Positions 39,160-49,150 of a stretch of 64,000 nucleotides of DNA are shown here, piece by piece. The first letter of the stretch is position 1. Each line of letters begins with the position of its first letter. The notes beneath the pieces are model-generated. The model worked only from the letters and a program-made list of their open reading frames with translations, was not told the DNA's origin and searched no databases. A program made the translations under genes and the position numbers. Source of the stretch: Nitrosopumilaceae archaeon (GTDB lineage Archaea; Thermoproteota; Nitrososphaeria; Nitrososphaerales; Nitrosopumilaceae); contig CBDCCK010000002.1 of NCBI GenBank assembly GCA_965214835.1, forward strand, positions 3,104,001-3,168,000, read 5' to 3'.

Positions 39160-40746
39160 ATGTCAGGGCAGGAAATCATTGGAAGGGGCACCTGGATAGA
39201 CAAGCTGGCCCACGAGATGGTGCAGCGGGAGAGGGATCTGGGGAGAAGCCTAGATCTGCTAAGGGTAGAGAGCGGGCTGGGGGCATCTGGAATCCCACAT
39301 ATCGGCAGCCTCGGGGATGCAGTCAGGGCGTTTGGGGTAAAGCTTGCATTGGAGGACATGGGCTACCGGTCGGAGCTGATCGCCTACTCGGACGACCTGG
39401 ACGGCCTGAGGAAGATACCGGAGGGATTCCCAGATTCGCTGGAGGAGCACATTGCAAAGCCGGTCTCCATGATTCCGGATCCCTACGGGTGCCATGACTC
39501 GTACGGCATGCACATGAGCAGCCTGCTCCTGGAGGGACTGGACAGGATGGGAGTCAAGTACAGGTTTCAAAGGGCGCTGGACACGTACAGGCAGGGCCTG
39601 CTCAAGGATCAGATCCATGAAATCCTGGTAAACAGAAAGAGAATCGGGGACCAAATCTCAGAGATGGTCGGGCAGGAAAAATACCAGAGATACCTGCCAT
39701 ACTATCCTGTGTGTGCAGGCTGTGGGAGGCTCTATACTGCAAAAGCCTACGACTATGCCGAGGACGACAGGAGGGTGATGTACCGGTGCTGCGATACCGA
39801 GATAGGCTCAAGGATCATAAAAGGCTGCAGCCACGAGGGCGAGGCAGACATTGCAAGGGATCTGGGAAAGATGGCGTGGAAGGTGGAGTTTGCGGCAAGG
39901 TGGAAGGCATTTGATGTCAGGTTTGAGGCATACGGAAAGGACATCATGGACTCTGTAAGGGTAAACGACTGGGTTGCAGGCGAGGTTCTGGGATTCCCGC
40001 ATCCCCACCACGTAAGGTACGAGATGTTCCTAGACAGGGAAGGGAAAAAGATTTCAAAGTCGTCGGGAAACGTGGTGACTGCGCAGAGATGGCTCAGGTA
40101 CGGCTCTCCAAAATCTGTATTGCTCCTGCTATACAAGAGAATCACGGGTGCAAGGGAGCTGGGGTTTGAGGACATTCCCTCGCTGATGGACGAGTACAAC
40201 GAGCTGGAGGATGTCTACTTTGGACGCATCAGGATCGACAACCGGGCAAGGCTGGCAAGGTCAAGGGGACTGTACGAGTATGTCAACCTGCTAAACCCGC
40301 CAGAGTCAGCAGATCCCCACGTAAGCTACAGGCTGCTGACTGAGCTCTCAAAAATCTTCAGGGAGGACAGGGCGTCCAGGGTGATGAAAAGGCTGATCGA
40401 CTACGGGGCAGTGAGGGAGGAAAGCCGGCATGTCATGGGACTGATTGAGCTTGCCGGAAACTATGCAGACGACTTTGGGGACGAGAGACCGGAGGTTCAG
40501 ATCGAGGGTGGCGTAAAGACGGCACTGGGGGAGCTGGCCGAAATCCTTTCTGGCCCCGATGATCCCGAGGACGTGCAGAACTCAATTTACCGGACTGCCA
40601 AAGGAAACGGCGTTGCCCCAAGGGATCTTTTCAGGGCGCTTTACCAGATAATCCTCGGAACAGACAGGGGTCCAAAAATCGGTCCGTTCATCTCAGATAT
40701 GGGGCGCCTGAAGGTGGGACGGATGATCCAGGCCCGCTTGGAGTGA
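39160..40746 (+). CDS. lysS: Class I lysyl-tRNA synthetase
   Basis: ESGLGASGIPHIGS, WKVEFAARW, FEAYGKD, KISKS, GPKIG. Confidence 0.96.
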   Translation: MSGQEIIGRGTWIDKLAHEMVQRERDLGRSLDLLRVESGLGASGIPHIGSLGDAVRAFGVKLALEDMGYRSELIAYSDDLDGLRKIPEGFPDSLEEHIAKPVSMIPDPYGCHDSYGMHMSSLLLEGLDRMGVKYRFQRALDTYRQGLLKDQIHEILVNRKRIGDQISEMVGQEKYQRYLPYYPVCAGCGRLYTAKAYDYAEDDRRVMYRCCDTEIGSRIIKGCSHEGEADIARDLGKMAWKVEFAARWKAFDVRFEAYGKDIMDSVRVNDWVAGEVLGFPHPHHVRYEMFLDREGKKISKSSGNVVTAQRWLRYGSPKSVLLLLYKRITGARELGFEDIPSLMDEYNELEDVYFGRIRIDNRARLARSRGLYEYVNLLNPPESADPHVSYRLLTELSKIFREDRASRVMKRLIDYGAVREESRHVMGLIELAGNYADDFGDERPEVQIEGGVKTALGELAEILSGPDDPEDVQNSIYRTAKGNGVAPRDLFRALYQIILGTDRGPKIGPFISDMGRLKVGRMIQARLE

Positions 40747-40949
40747 CCATGGCGCACGACCAGCACAACAGGGGAAGGAGGAACGGGGGGTTCTTTTTGA
40801 TACTGCTAGGGGCCCTGATCTTCATAACTGCGCCGATTTACCTGCAGGATAATCCGGAGCTTGGCATGACTGCCATAGTTTTCGGCTTTATAGTGGGGGG
40901 GATAGGGTTTTACGTCAAGTTTGTCAAGAACAGGGTAAAGGTCGGATAG
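40743..40949 (+). CDS. Small two-helix membrane protein
   Basis: Two TM segments; coupled to its neighbours. Confidence 0.7.
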   Translation: MTMAHDQHNRGRRNGGFFLILLGALIFITAPIYLQDNPELGMTAIVFGFIVGGIGFYVKFVKNRVKVG

Positions 40950-41707
40950 TGGTTTTTTTGGGATTGTTTAGCAGGAAAAAACACGAGGAGCACGTCGAGG
41001 AGACAGTCGGGAGGGAGGACACATCAAGGCAGGACGAGCTTGATGAAAAACTCAGGGACCTAGAGGAGAGGATCTCCTCAAAAACCCAGGAATTAGACTC
41101 CCTGGCAGCCAAGCTAGGCCAGGTCAAAGCAGAGTACGATGCGGCAGTTTCAAGCCTGATGTCAGTCAAAAAAGAGGCCAACGAGGAAAAAAGCCACATC
41201 GTTTCGTTGGAGAGGCAGCAAAGAGTGGCCAGGACAAGGATTGAAGACCTAGAAAAGGAATACAGGCAGGCAAAGGCAAAGTTTGGAGACATAGAAAAGG
41301 CAAAGTCGCAGCTAGAGCAGATCAACAGGGACATCAAGCACGGTAGGGAGCAGTATGGTAGGATTCAAAAAAACATTGCAGACGCACAGGCAAGACTCAA
41401 CGAAACCAGCGTAAGAAGGATAGAGGCCGAGGATCAGTACCAGGAGATCATGAAAAAAATAGACGTGGCATCAGTGGAGCTGGCAAAGAGGGCCGGGGAG
41501 GTGCCAGAACCGGAAGAAAAGGCATCCAATGCACAGGAGGATGCCCCAAAGAGCGTCGTGGAGGCTGCAAGTGCGGTAGTGGCATCAATGAAGACAAAGC
41601 TGAGCATTGCAGAAAAGGAGCTGGAGGCAGTCAGAAGGCTGCTGGAAAAGGAAAGGGAGGATCATGAAAGGACAAAAAAGGAGCTGGAAAGGCTGGGCAG
41701 GCGGTGA
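40949..41707 (+). CDS. Coiled-coil hypothetical protein
   Basis: Long E/K-rich heptad pattern. Confidence 0.75.
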   Translation: MVFLGLFSRKKHEEHVEETVGREDTSRQDELDEKLRDLEERISSKTQELDSLAAKLGQVKAEYDAAVSSLMSVKKEANEEKSHIVSLERQQRVARTRIEDLEKEYRQAKAKFGDIEKAKSQLEQINRDIKHGREQYGRIQKNIADAQARLNETSVRRIEAEDQYQEIMKKIDVASVELAKRAGEVPEPEEKASNAQEDAPKSVVEAASAVVASMKTKLSIAEKELEAVRRLLEKEREDHERTKKELERLGRR

Positions 41708-41719
41708 TCCGGCCGTGTG

Positions 41720-42390
41720 CCGGTGCCGCACACGGTTGTATGATAAAGGATGCCTGTCGGACGGCATCTTGTGATCCAGGACACCCAAGGCATGTCTTAT
41801 GTAGACCAGTCCATCTACCTGCCACGGTGGAAATCCTGCCGGGTTCCACAGGTGAGTATATGCAAAGCGCCAGTATTGCCACAGGCAGCAAGAGTGGCCG
41901 TGTCCTAGCAGGCGCCCCGTGCGAAAAGCGACATGCCCGGGGCCAAGCACGGGCCACCATCCATCCGTCAGACAAATAGCGGTTTTGAAGGAACAGGATG
42001 CCTTGCCGTCCTGCATGTAAGAAACGCAACCCAAAAGAAAACCATCGATCCAAAGCTAGGGCATGGACATACCAAGTCATCGGCCTTCCGGAATCGGTGC
42101 GTGGTCTACGCACACCATACTCCAAAAGCCAAAGAACATGGGGGCATGCCCTGATCAAGCAGGTAAGGCACGGGGTTCTTTCCTTGGATTCGGTGGGTTA
42201 TGGCTTGCAGAACCCTTTTTTGCAGCAGCCCGACGGATGGCGCGAGCTGCCACCTGCCGAGCCATGCATCCAAGTACCAGCAGGCTCGACAATGAAAGTC
42301 ACAGCTGGGAAGGTGCCGGGATGCCAGATTTTGTGTGCTCTTCGGATTGCGCAGGTCATTCCAGTACAGGAGGCAAAGATGCAAGATTGA
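41720..42390 (-). pseudogene. Highly degenerate transposase-like remnant
   Basis: Only LALDRWFS (similar to LLLDRGFFS); no coherent ORF. Confidence 0.25.
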
Positions 42391-42398
42391 AAAACAGC

Positions 42399-42845
42399 CT
42401 AGCCAGACAGCAGTCTTTTCATCCAGACTTTGCGGATTTGATCCTCGGACATTCCCAGATCATAAAGAGGGGATGTCACCTCGCTGGCTTGATCAACTGA
42501 GACCAGCACTATATCCAGGATGTCGCTTTGTATGCCCAGCTGGTGGTAAAAGGACAGAATTTTCTCATACAATCCGCCCTTTTCCAGTACATGCCCCACC
42601 CCCCTGAACCGGTATCCCCGGCGTGACAGGGGATCAACCACGTTGATTTCCAGCTGGGGGTTGGACTGCAGGTTGGCCACGGTCTGTGGGGAGCGGATGT
42701 TTGCAAAGACCAGGTGGTCCTCGTCCCAGGCAAAGACGGTTCCCTTGGGCGACAGGTTGGGGGATCCATCGGCAGATACGGTTGCAACATACCCAAGTCT
42801 TTGCTTCAAAAGAAAGTCCCTGACGGCGTCAGCAAGCATGTACAC
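42399..42845 (-). CDS. Pyridoxamine 5'-phosphate oxidase-like FMN-binding protein
   Basis: YVATVSADGSPNLSPKG, TVANLQSNP, GYRFRG. Confidence 0.9.
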   Translation of the reverse strand: MYMLADAVRDFLLKQRLGYVATVSADGSPNLSPKGTVFAWDEDHLVFANIRSPQTVANLQSNPQLEINVVDPLSRRGYRFRGVGHVLEKGGLYEKILSFYHQLGIQSDILDIVLVSVDQASEVTSPLYDLGMSEDQIRKVWMKRLLSG

Positions 42846-42875
42846 ACTAGGAATAATCGGTAAATAAGGATGAGA

Positions 42876-42974
42876 CTATCTCATGAATTCTGCCGCTATC
42901 CCATAAAAGAAGTAAAATGCAATTCCGCCGCCGATTATTCCCACCCAGATTGCAATGTTTTTGGCCTTGCCCAT
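42876..42974 (-). CDS. Putative 32-aa single-pass membrane protein
   Basis: MGKAKNIAIWVGIIGGGIAFYFFYGIAAEFMR; AT-rich box upstream. Confidence 0.45.
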   Translation of the reverse strand: MGKAKNIAIWVGIIGGGIAFYFFYGIAAEFMR

Positions 42975-43012
42975 TGTTCCCTCTTAAAAATAGGCATTAT
43001 TGAGTGTAATTG

Positions 43013-43120
43013 TCACCTGGCAGGATCATGCAGTTTTCCAATGTGCCTTGCCAGCCCAATGACGTCATCTCCAAAATCTCTGCCGCAGAACTGGCAGTCG
43101 AACCGAAGTTTGCCGGACAC
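43013..43120 (-). CDS. Putative small C2H2-type zinc-finger protein (start uncertain)
   Basis: FDCQFCGRDF..LARHIGKLH. Confidence 0.5.
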   Translation of the reverse strand: MSGKLRFDCQFCGRDFGDDVIGLARHIGKLHDPAR

Positions 43121-43428
43121 TGATTGGATGCATATTTTGATGCTTAATAAATTTTGAATCATCCGTAGATCAGGCAGTGCTCGCACTCGCAGCTTGGGAT
43201 TTTCTTGGCCTTTGCAAGGCAGTTCCTGTGCTGTCCGGCCTGGCACTGGACACATATATCATCTAGGTTCTCGACCTCGGTGTACTTTTTGGACTGATCA
43301 AACCCAAACCCTCCATCCTGCGGACCCACCATGACAGGGCTCAGACCCTTCCAATATTTTTACCTCACTATAGTGTGTGCAGCTGAAAATGGATCGCTTT
43401 TTATCGAAATAGTCGCGATATGTCGAAG

Positions 43429-43767
43429 CTATGATCGATTTTCTGGTGTGTGCGCCGAGTCAGTGGAGATCGATTCTGCAATCACATCCCGCAGCTCCCT
43501 CCTGTGCTCCTCAACAAGGCCGCGAATCTCAAATGCATCAACATAGCCGCCGGCCGACGCCCGCGTTGCCTTGAGGAGATAGTGCAGCGCGCCCTCCTCG
43601 ATTTTCCCGACATAATAGCCATAAAGAAAGTCTATCGCGTTTTCGCACTTCCAGACTTGCGACGCCCCTGGAAGCGTCTGATTGATCTCTCCGGGAATGT
43701 CCCTGATGCGGTTTTTGATGTATCCGTCCAGTGATCTTCTAATCGAGGCGTCCTGAAGCAATGCCAA
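43429..43767 (-). CDS. Conserved hypothetical protein
   Basis: QVWKCENAIDFLYGYYVGKIEEG; the ORF-track 5' extension is probably spurious. Confidence 0.7.
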   Translation of the reverse strand: MALLQDASIRRSLDGYIKNRIRDIPGEINQTLPGASQVWKCENAIDFLYGYYVGKIEEGALHYLLKATRASAGGYVDAFEIRGLVEEHRRELRDVIAESISTDSAHTPENRS

Positions 43768-43793
43768 GCTGTAGGTCTTGGTGGTTTTAAGGA

Positions 43794-43931
43794 TTAGCCG
43801 CGTTCCTCTGAGTCCTTTTTGCTGTCCCACATGTGCATGTTTCCACGAAGCATGAAAGAGCCAACTACAATCGTAACCAGCCCGGCAGCAATGAACAAAA
43901 AGAACCTGCCGATGCTTTTGATGCTTGCCAA
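43794..43931 (-). CDS. Putative 45-aa single-pass membrane protein
   Basis: MASIKSIGRFFLFIAAGLVTIVVGSFMLRGNMHMWD.. Confidence 0.45.
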   Translation of the reverse strand: MASIKSIGRFFLFIAAGLVTIVVGSFMLRGNMHMWDSKKDSEERG

Positions 43932-44617
43932 CCATCCTACTTGGATGGCGCAGTAATTAAACTGTCCAAGAATTCAAAAGGAGCCACGCCCGCAGCATGC
44001 TGTTGAACTGCAACAACAAGGAGGCGGGGTGCTATCACTTGGACGCAGTGCATGACGGGTGTTTTGGAAGATGTCTTGTAAGTGGCTGCAGGTGTAGGAG
44101 ATTTCAAAGATCAGCATCCATGTGAGCTCAAGTATTTTACAGGATTTCGTGATGTGGGGAATGGCTTCCGCTAGTTGCTCCATTTCCAAGGGGATGATCG
44201 GATATGCATCCATTCGGGGCTCTCCCCCGGTACCACCTTCATCCATTTGCACGGCTCCGCCCGCAGGATATGGATCTTGATTTTGTCAAAAAGGCACTTG
44301 GGCCACAGACGGAAGGTATTCTGGCAAGTCAGACGATGTAATCATGGAGAAAAAGTCCACAAAACCCCGAAGGGTAAAGGAACTATGAGATGATAAAATC
44401 AGGAGAAACTTGGTACCACATATGACGACGTGATGCTCCGGGTCAATGATCATGGTACGGGATATACAGATGCGGATAAAATGAATGAAAAAATACTCAG
44501 GACATTCATCAAACCAAAGCCAATACGGGCGCCGACCTAGAACAAGGGGATCAGGACACCGGCCGCACGCAAGATAATCCACAAGCTGGACGCCCTATAC
44601 GCACTGACGTCAGGACG

Positions 44618-44873
44618 ATGGCAGCATCCAGAGCCCGCTTTCCCAGGAGTGCGGCCACATCCGTAATCAAAGGGCCTGATGCCCTGGCAGCTGCCTGGGA
44701 TGAATCTAAACACAGCAGGGGCGGCGATCCTTAGAATACAGGCAGGTTCTCAAAAAAAAGAGAGTGCGAAGAAGGCGAGGATAAAGACGGGATCTACTCT
44801 ATCTGTCTTGGAGGCAGGGTGAAAAAGACGGGGATGGGAACATTGGCAGGATCCGTAAACGTACCAATAATGT
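44618..44873 (+). pseudogene. Decayed N-terminus of the toxin gene, with phage-type WDESKHxR motif
   Basis: AAAWDESKHSRGGDP*NTGRFSKK (stop at 44732), then frameshifted linker leading to RKRTNNV-STQMDD once MITE D is removed. Confidence 0.55.
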
Positions 44874-44956
44874 TATAGCAACGAGCAGAAATAATTGAGG
44901 TTTTTTACGTGTAGTTATGACCTGCTTTGACTCAAAGACTTCTGCCCGTTGCTATA
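44874..44956. mobile_element. MITE family D (83 bp including TA ends, IS630-derived)
   Basis: TIR tatagcaacgagcagaa/ttctgcccgttgctata; copy at 58314-58396 differs at one position that I could see. Confidence 0.9.
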
Positions 44957-45783
44957 GCACGCAGATGGATGATGCGCTGGAACATATGGTGAAGGGTATA
45001 GCCGATCCCGAACGTCCAGAAAGAAATGCTAGACCATTCTTCAAGGCTCGTGATGCATACATTCAACTGATACATGATATTGTGGCTGAAACGATGAAGG
45101 ATGATGATGATCACATCAAAAAAATCAACGATGTGTTTGGCACATCATATACAAAGGAGACGCATGAAAAAGACCCGAAGATACTTGGTTTCAAACTTCT
45201 TGAGAAAATCCGTACAGGCGAGTTCACATCTGATATGGACGATATTTTCCCCGGGAGCCTTGAGATGGCAAGGATTTCAGGGCGTATTAACCAAGAGTAT
45301 GTAAAAGGCTGGGATGATGCCGATGTCCTATATCGTGGTACGAGGCTCAGCGAGGTCGACAACATGATTAATGATGGATTCGTTGGTAATCCCAAATATT
45401 ACAAGGATGTGTTCATTCGAACAACCACAGTTGAAACGATCAGTGATTTCTTTGCCCGCAAGAATTGGTATACTCAGAATACCGATGGCTCATTCAACGA
45501 GCCGTGCCGTATTGAGTATGACAAGGATTATCTTGAGAAGCATGTGGTGAAGCAGGGATTTGGCTTTTTCAAGACCGGTGATTCACATGAGATCGACGAG
45601 CCGCAGGGTGGAAACTTCCTGCATGAGATGGAGTTCCGATTGCCACCCTCCACACTCAAGGCCGACCCCAGCCGCATGGTACTCCATCTGGACAAGGATG
45701 TAGGCGAGGCACAGAGGGCCGTACATGCAAAGAAATACGGAATTTTTAAAAGACTTGTATACGATCTTACACGTGATGGATAA
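44917..45783 (+). CDS. Putative ADP-ribosyltransferase-like toxin (first 13 codons come from MITE D)
   Basis: VLYRG, FIRTTT....FA, FLHEMEFRL resemble the R-S-E clade ART motifs; the S position is non-canonical. Confidence 0.5.
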   Translation: MTCFDSKTSARCYSTQMDDALEHMVKGIADPERPERNARPFFKARDAYIQLIHDIVAETMKDDDDHIKKINDVFGTSYTKETHEKDPKILGFKLLEKIRTGEFTSDMDDIFPGSLEMARISGRINQEYVKGWDDADVLYRGTRLSEVDNMINDGFVGNPKYYKDVFIRTTTVETISDFFARKNWYTQNTDGSFNEPCRIEYDKDYLEKHVVKQGFGFFKTGDSHEIDEPQGGNFLHEMEFRLPPSTLKADPSRMVLHLDKDVGEAQRAVHAKKYGIFKRLVYDLTRDG

Positions 45784-46015
45784 ACAGCTGATACTTGCGG
45801 ATCTAAAGGCAGCCGGAGGTAACAAGACCGAGGTCTTTGACCACCTCAGGGGGTGGCTCGATATAGAGAACACACCTCAACTGGACGAGTTGTACAAAAT
45901 CATCGACGAGGCTCCGGGCCAGTGGAATATGAAGAATCCAAATACCGTCATGGCGCAGATGCGGCGCGTGTTTGGAGAGCCTCCGCCCGGCTTTGATACG
46001 AGTCCGTATGAGTAA
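45776..46015 (+). CDS. Small protein coupled to the toxin gene (putative immunity protein)
   Basis: 79 aa, 8-bp overlap with the upstream ORF; paralogue at 19812-19997 shows it is coding. Confidence 0.7.
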   Translation: MDKQLILADLKAAGGNKTEVFDHLRGWLDIENTPQLDELYKIIDEAPGQWNMKNPNTVMAQMRRVFGEPPPGFDTSPYE

Positions 46016-46091
46016 TCAGTTCAATTAAAGAAAAACACCGTTTACTATAACGGTACCGTCAATTGTTAAAGAATCCCGTGACAACACCTAG

Positions 46092-46251
46092 GGTTCTGTG
46101 CAATCTTCGACACCTGAAATGGGTGCTGTCGCCTAATTCCGCCTACCTGACTCAACCTGCACGTTTTTCTGAATTTCTGCCCTTTTGCACGCCTGATTCA
46201 TGTGGCATCCCAGCGGTTTTCAGGAATTCTGATGAATTAGGCGACAACCCC
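46092..46251. mobile_element. MITE family C with 5' extension
   Basis: ggttctgtgcaatcttcgacacctgaaat + gggtgctgtcgcctaattc...gaattaggcgacaacccc. Confidence 0.85.
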
Positions 46252-46440
46252 GGTTCCAGGATGCCGAGGCCGTCCTGGCAGAGGCGTTTGCAGATTACAA
46301 CCAAGACAGGATCCACTCGGCGCTGGGATACATGACGCCGCACGAGTTTGCCCGGAAAATGCAGGAGGTGCCGCAAAAATGAGCGATGAGTGTGCATAAA
46401 ATGTCGCCAAAATCGTTCCTACTTACAGGGGCCCACTCCA
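46252..46440 (+). pseudogene. IS3-family transposase C-terminal fragment and right end
   Basis: AFADYNQDRIHSALGYMTPHEF*; terminus ggggcccactcca. Confidence 0.75.
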
Positions 46441-46613
46441 GTGGTGTATGAAAAGGGATCTTACACTGTTGCAGGTTGCATGCGCGCTTCTCATGGCGGC
46501 TAGGAGAAACCTTGCAGAATGCGGGTTTGCCGGCCCTCCGCAGTAGGGCCGCGGTGGCCTTTGAAGGGTTAGATTTCCGTCTACTGGGGATAGAATCATA
46601 GTTTAATAACAAA

Positions 46614-46946
46614 GTGGTGCCAAGTAAAACCATGACGGTAGTTGTCACAAGAATGCCGGGAGGAATAGCCCAGATATTCACGCCGGAAACAGGCAAGATC
46701 ACGTACAAATGCAAGGGCGAGACGGCACTCATGGAAATCGAGGCGTTTGGGGGTATTGTAAAGTTCAACCAAAGGGGCTCCAAGGCAATAGTTTCAGGAC
46801 CGGCAACAGAGCTGCAAGACTGCGAGGTAATCACACCCGAGGACAACAGATATCAAGAGGCCAAAAGGGCGGCGGCAGATGCGATAATTGCCTTCAAGGA
46901 GAGACAGGCTGCCCAACTTCAAAAAGAGGCCGGGGATCTCAGGTAA
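46614..46946 (+). CDS. Hypothetical protein
   Basis: Clean 110-aa ORF after a tttaata box; no recognisable family. Confidence 0.6.
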   Translation: MVPSKTMTVVVTRMPGGIAQIFTPETGKITYKCKGETALMEIEAFGGIVKFNQRGSKAIVSGPATELQDCEVITPEDNRYQEAKRAAADAIIAFKERQAAQLQKEAGDLR

Positions 46947-47237
46947 TAGCCTTCAAGGATCATGAGTGTGGTGGTCCCTCTCTGATAACGGCGGATTTTA
47001 TGATGTGCTTTGTGGGATGCGGCAATACAGAAAAGCGGCTCATAATTAAAAACCGTGTGGACATCTGGATTTTTCTATCAACCTGCCAAGCAATCTGGCA
47101 GGTGATGTGATTTTTGTGATCATTTTGATCCGTTTGGCGCATATCCGCACACCAGTGAGCCAATCGCGCCAATTGCAAATCGCCCCTCAGACTGCAGCGA
47201 TGCAGACTGCAGCAATGGGCACCCCCACAAAGATTTG

Positions 47238-47330
47238 GTATGTGGTCACGTCCCCCTGCTATCTAGGCACGAAAATCACAATCATGCATGCTGATTCGTG
47301 CCTGGCTGATGAGGGTAGGTGACCCCGTAC
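47238..47330. mobile_element. MITE family B (93 bp)
   Basis: GTA...TAC ends; 8-bp TSD AAGATTTG (47230-47237, 47331-47338). Confidence 0.9.
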
Positions 47331-47504
47331 AAGATTTGCATCATCATTGCCAAATCAGGCTGTCGCGTTCTCACAATCATGCCCAGGCTGAAAGCCAGGC
47401 GGTCATCGGGCATGAGTTCTGCGTGTTTGAAAAATGCGAGATGGGACTGCACTTTGGAATGGGCGAGGAACACTCCTAGCCGGCAGGAGACGTCTCCGGT
47501 ACTC

Positions 47505-48332
47505 TCATTTTTTGCACAGGATGAGAAGATAATCTATGACGTTTTTTTCAGAGACAGCCCTCATCTTCCGGATGGACTTGTGGAGGATTTTTTCCACATA
47601 GGCAGGATATGAACCCAAAATGCTTTTTTGAATCATGGGGCGGTTCTGCTCGTAATAGTCGGCAAGCGGATCATAGACCATGGAGCCGATTTTTTCTACG
47701 TAGCATACATCAAGGCCCGCATCCCTAATTTGGGACAGCACATAGTCTTCAGAATAGTGCTCTGACGACCAGGTCATCGACAGCAGTCCTAGCTTGGCCA
47801 GGGAGAAGCCGCCTTTTGTCGCCACAGGAATTGCAATGGCAAGATATCCGTTACTTTTGAGGATCCTGAGGGATTCTGAAAGGAAGTCCCCGAGAGGCTT
47901 GAAGTGCTGTGCGGACTCGAGGGCCAAAACCCTGTCTACGGATGCGTTCCCAAGGGGGAGGGCGGTGGCCGTTGCGTTGATTCGTGAGGCGCCAGATGGG
48001 GAATGCGACAGCTGTTCAAGGCCAGTGTTTACTGAGAGGATATCAATCGGGTCGTATTCGGATCTCCATTGGGCAGCCGGTGCGCCGTATCCGCTTCCCA
48101 CGTCTAAGACCCTTTGGCCGGATGACAGCCCTGCAAGACGTCCAAGCCTGCTGCAAAGCCTCTGCTGGGCAGAGACGGGGGTGGGCGTGGTCTCATCCCA
48201 ATATCCAAAGTTAAGCATGTCTCCCCCGGCGGCCAGACGCATCAGGTCAGACAGCGAGCTGTACAGGCTCACAACGTCCTTTTCGCTTCTGCGAAAGGTC
48301 CACAGGAACAGCCTCAGGGGGTTGACCTTCAA
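47505..48332 (-). CDS. Class I SAM-dependent methyltransferase
   Basis: MLNFGYW, VLDVGSGYG, LALESAQHF. Confidence 0.9.
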   Translation of the reverse strand: MKVNPLRLFLWTFRRSEKDVVSLYSSLSDLMRLAAGGDMLNFGYWDETTPTPVSAQQRLCSRLGRLAGLSSGQRVLDVGSGYGAPAAQWRSEYDPIDILSVNTGLEQLSHSPSGASRINATATALPLGNASVDRVLALESAQHFKPLGDFLSESLRILKSNGYLAIAIPVATKGGFSLAKLGLLSMTWSSEHYSEDYVLSQIRDAGLDVCYVEKIGSMVYDPLADYYEQNRPMIQKSILGSYPAYVEKILHKSIRKMRAVSEKNVIDYLLILCKK

Positions 48333-48637
48333 GGTGATATAAGCAGAACCTGCCCCTATGTAATGACTGTGTTGTGCCACCGTATGCCGCTGAGATCTCC
48401 CACATGGGCATGTCCACACGGCTTAATGCATCACATCCCACAATGCCTGGGTTTTGACCTAGTGCCGGTGTTCAGTCCTCCCAATAGCTCCACACAAGAC
48501 GGCTCCAAACACAAAACAACTAAAACTAGGTTGCCTGCAGAACCGCACATAGCTGCCTGCACCACCATGAATCGGGTTACATCCATGAAGACAGGACTAG
48601 GAATAACATTAATCTAGAAGAAACACACAGGTGTGCT

Positions 48638-49150
48638 ATGCGAGTGTCATCAAAACTAAAGAAACTACTAGATAACCAAATCGCATTAGAAGCAAATGCG
48701 TCAAACTACTACCTGACCATGGCATCATGGTGTGAGTTTACCGGGTATGAGGGGGCTTCTGCGTTCTTTTTCAGCCAGTCAGACGAGGAAAGACAGCACA
48801 TGCTCAAAATCGTGCACTTTCTAAACGGCAGGGGCACCCCGGCGGAGATTCCCCAGGTCAAAAAAACCACAGACAGATTCAAGTCGCTGGAGGAACTGAT
48901 GAAGACTTCCCTCAAAAACGAGCAGGCAGTCACTGCGGCCATTACAAAGATGGTAGAGGCCGCATCCAAGGAAAAGGATCATGCGACGTTTACCTTTCTC
49001 CAGTGGTTTGTAAACGAGCAAATGCAGGAGGAGGAAAAGTTTGAGACCATCCTAAGAAAGTTCGAGCTGATTGGAAGGGACAAGCTTGCAATCAACGAAA
49101 TCGACAAGATGCTGGGAGGCATGCCTGCAGAGGCAGACCCGGCACAATAA
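48638..49150 (+). CDS. ftnA: Non-heme ferritin
   Basis: QIALE, EERQH, FLQWFVNEQMQEE ferroxidase ligands. Confidence 0.92.
   Translation: MRVSSKLKKLLDNQIALEANASNYYLTMASWCEFTGYEGASAFFFSQSDEERQHMLKIVHFLNGRGTPAEIPQVKKTTDRFKSLEELMKTSLKNEQAVTAAITKMVEAASKEKDHATFTFLQWFVNEQMQEEEKFETILRKFELIGRDKLAINEIDKMLGGMPAEADPAQ

Noticed and set aside
44175-44600. Possible additional toxin or phage relic upstream of the DESK motif
   Set aside because: Only short plausible peptides between many stops; cannot be supported.
47188-47217. 15-bp near-tandem cagactgcagc(g/a)atg
   Set aside because: Short slippage-type duplication with no context.
43974-47240. Intact provirus
   Set aside because: No integrase, terminase, portal or capsid gene and no att repeats; only phage-like relics.
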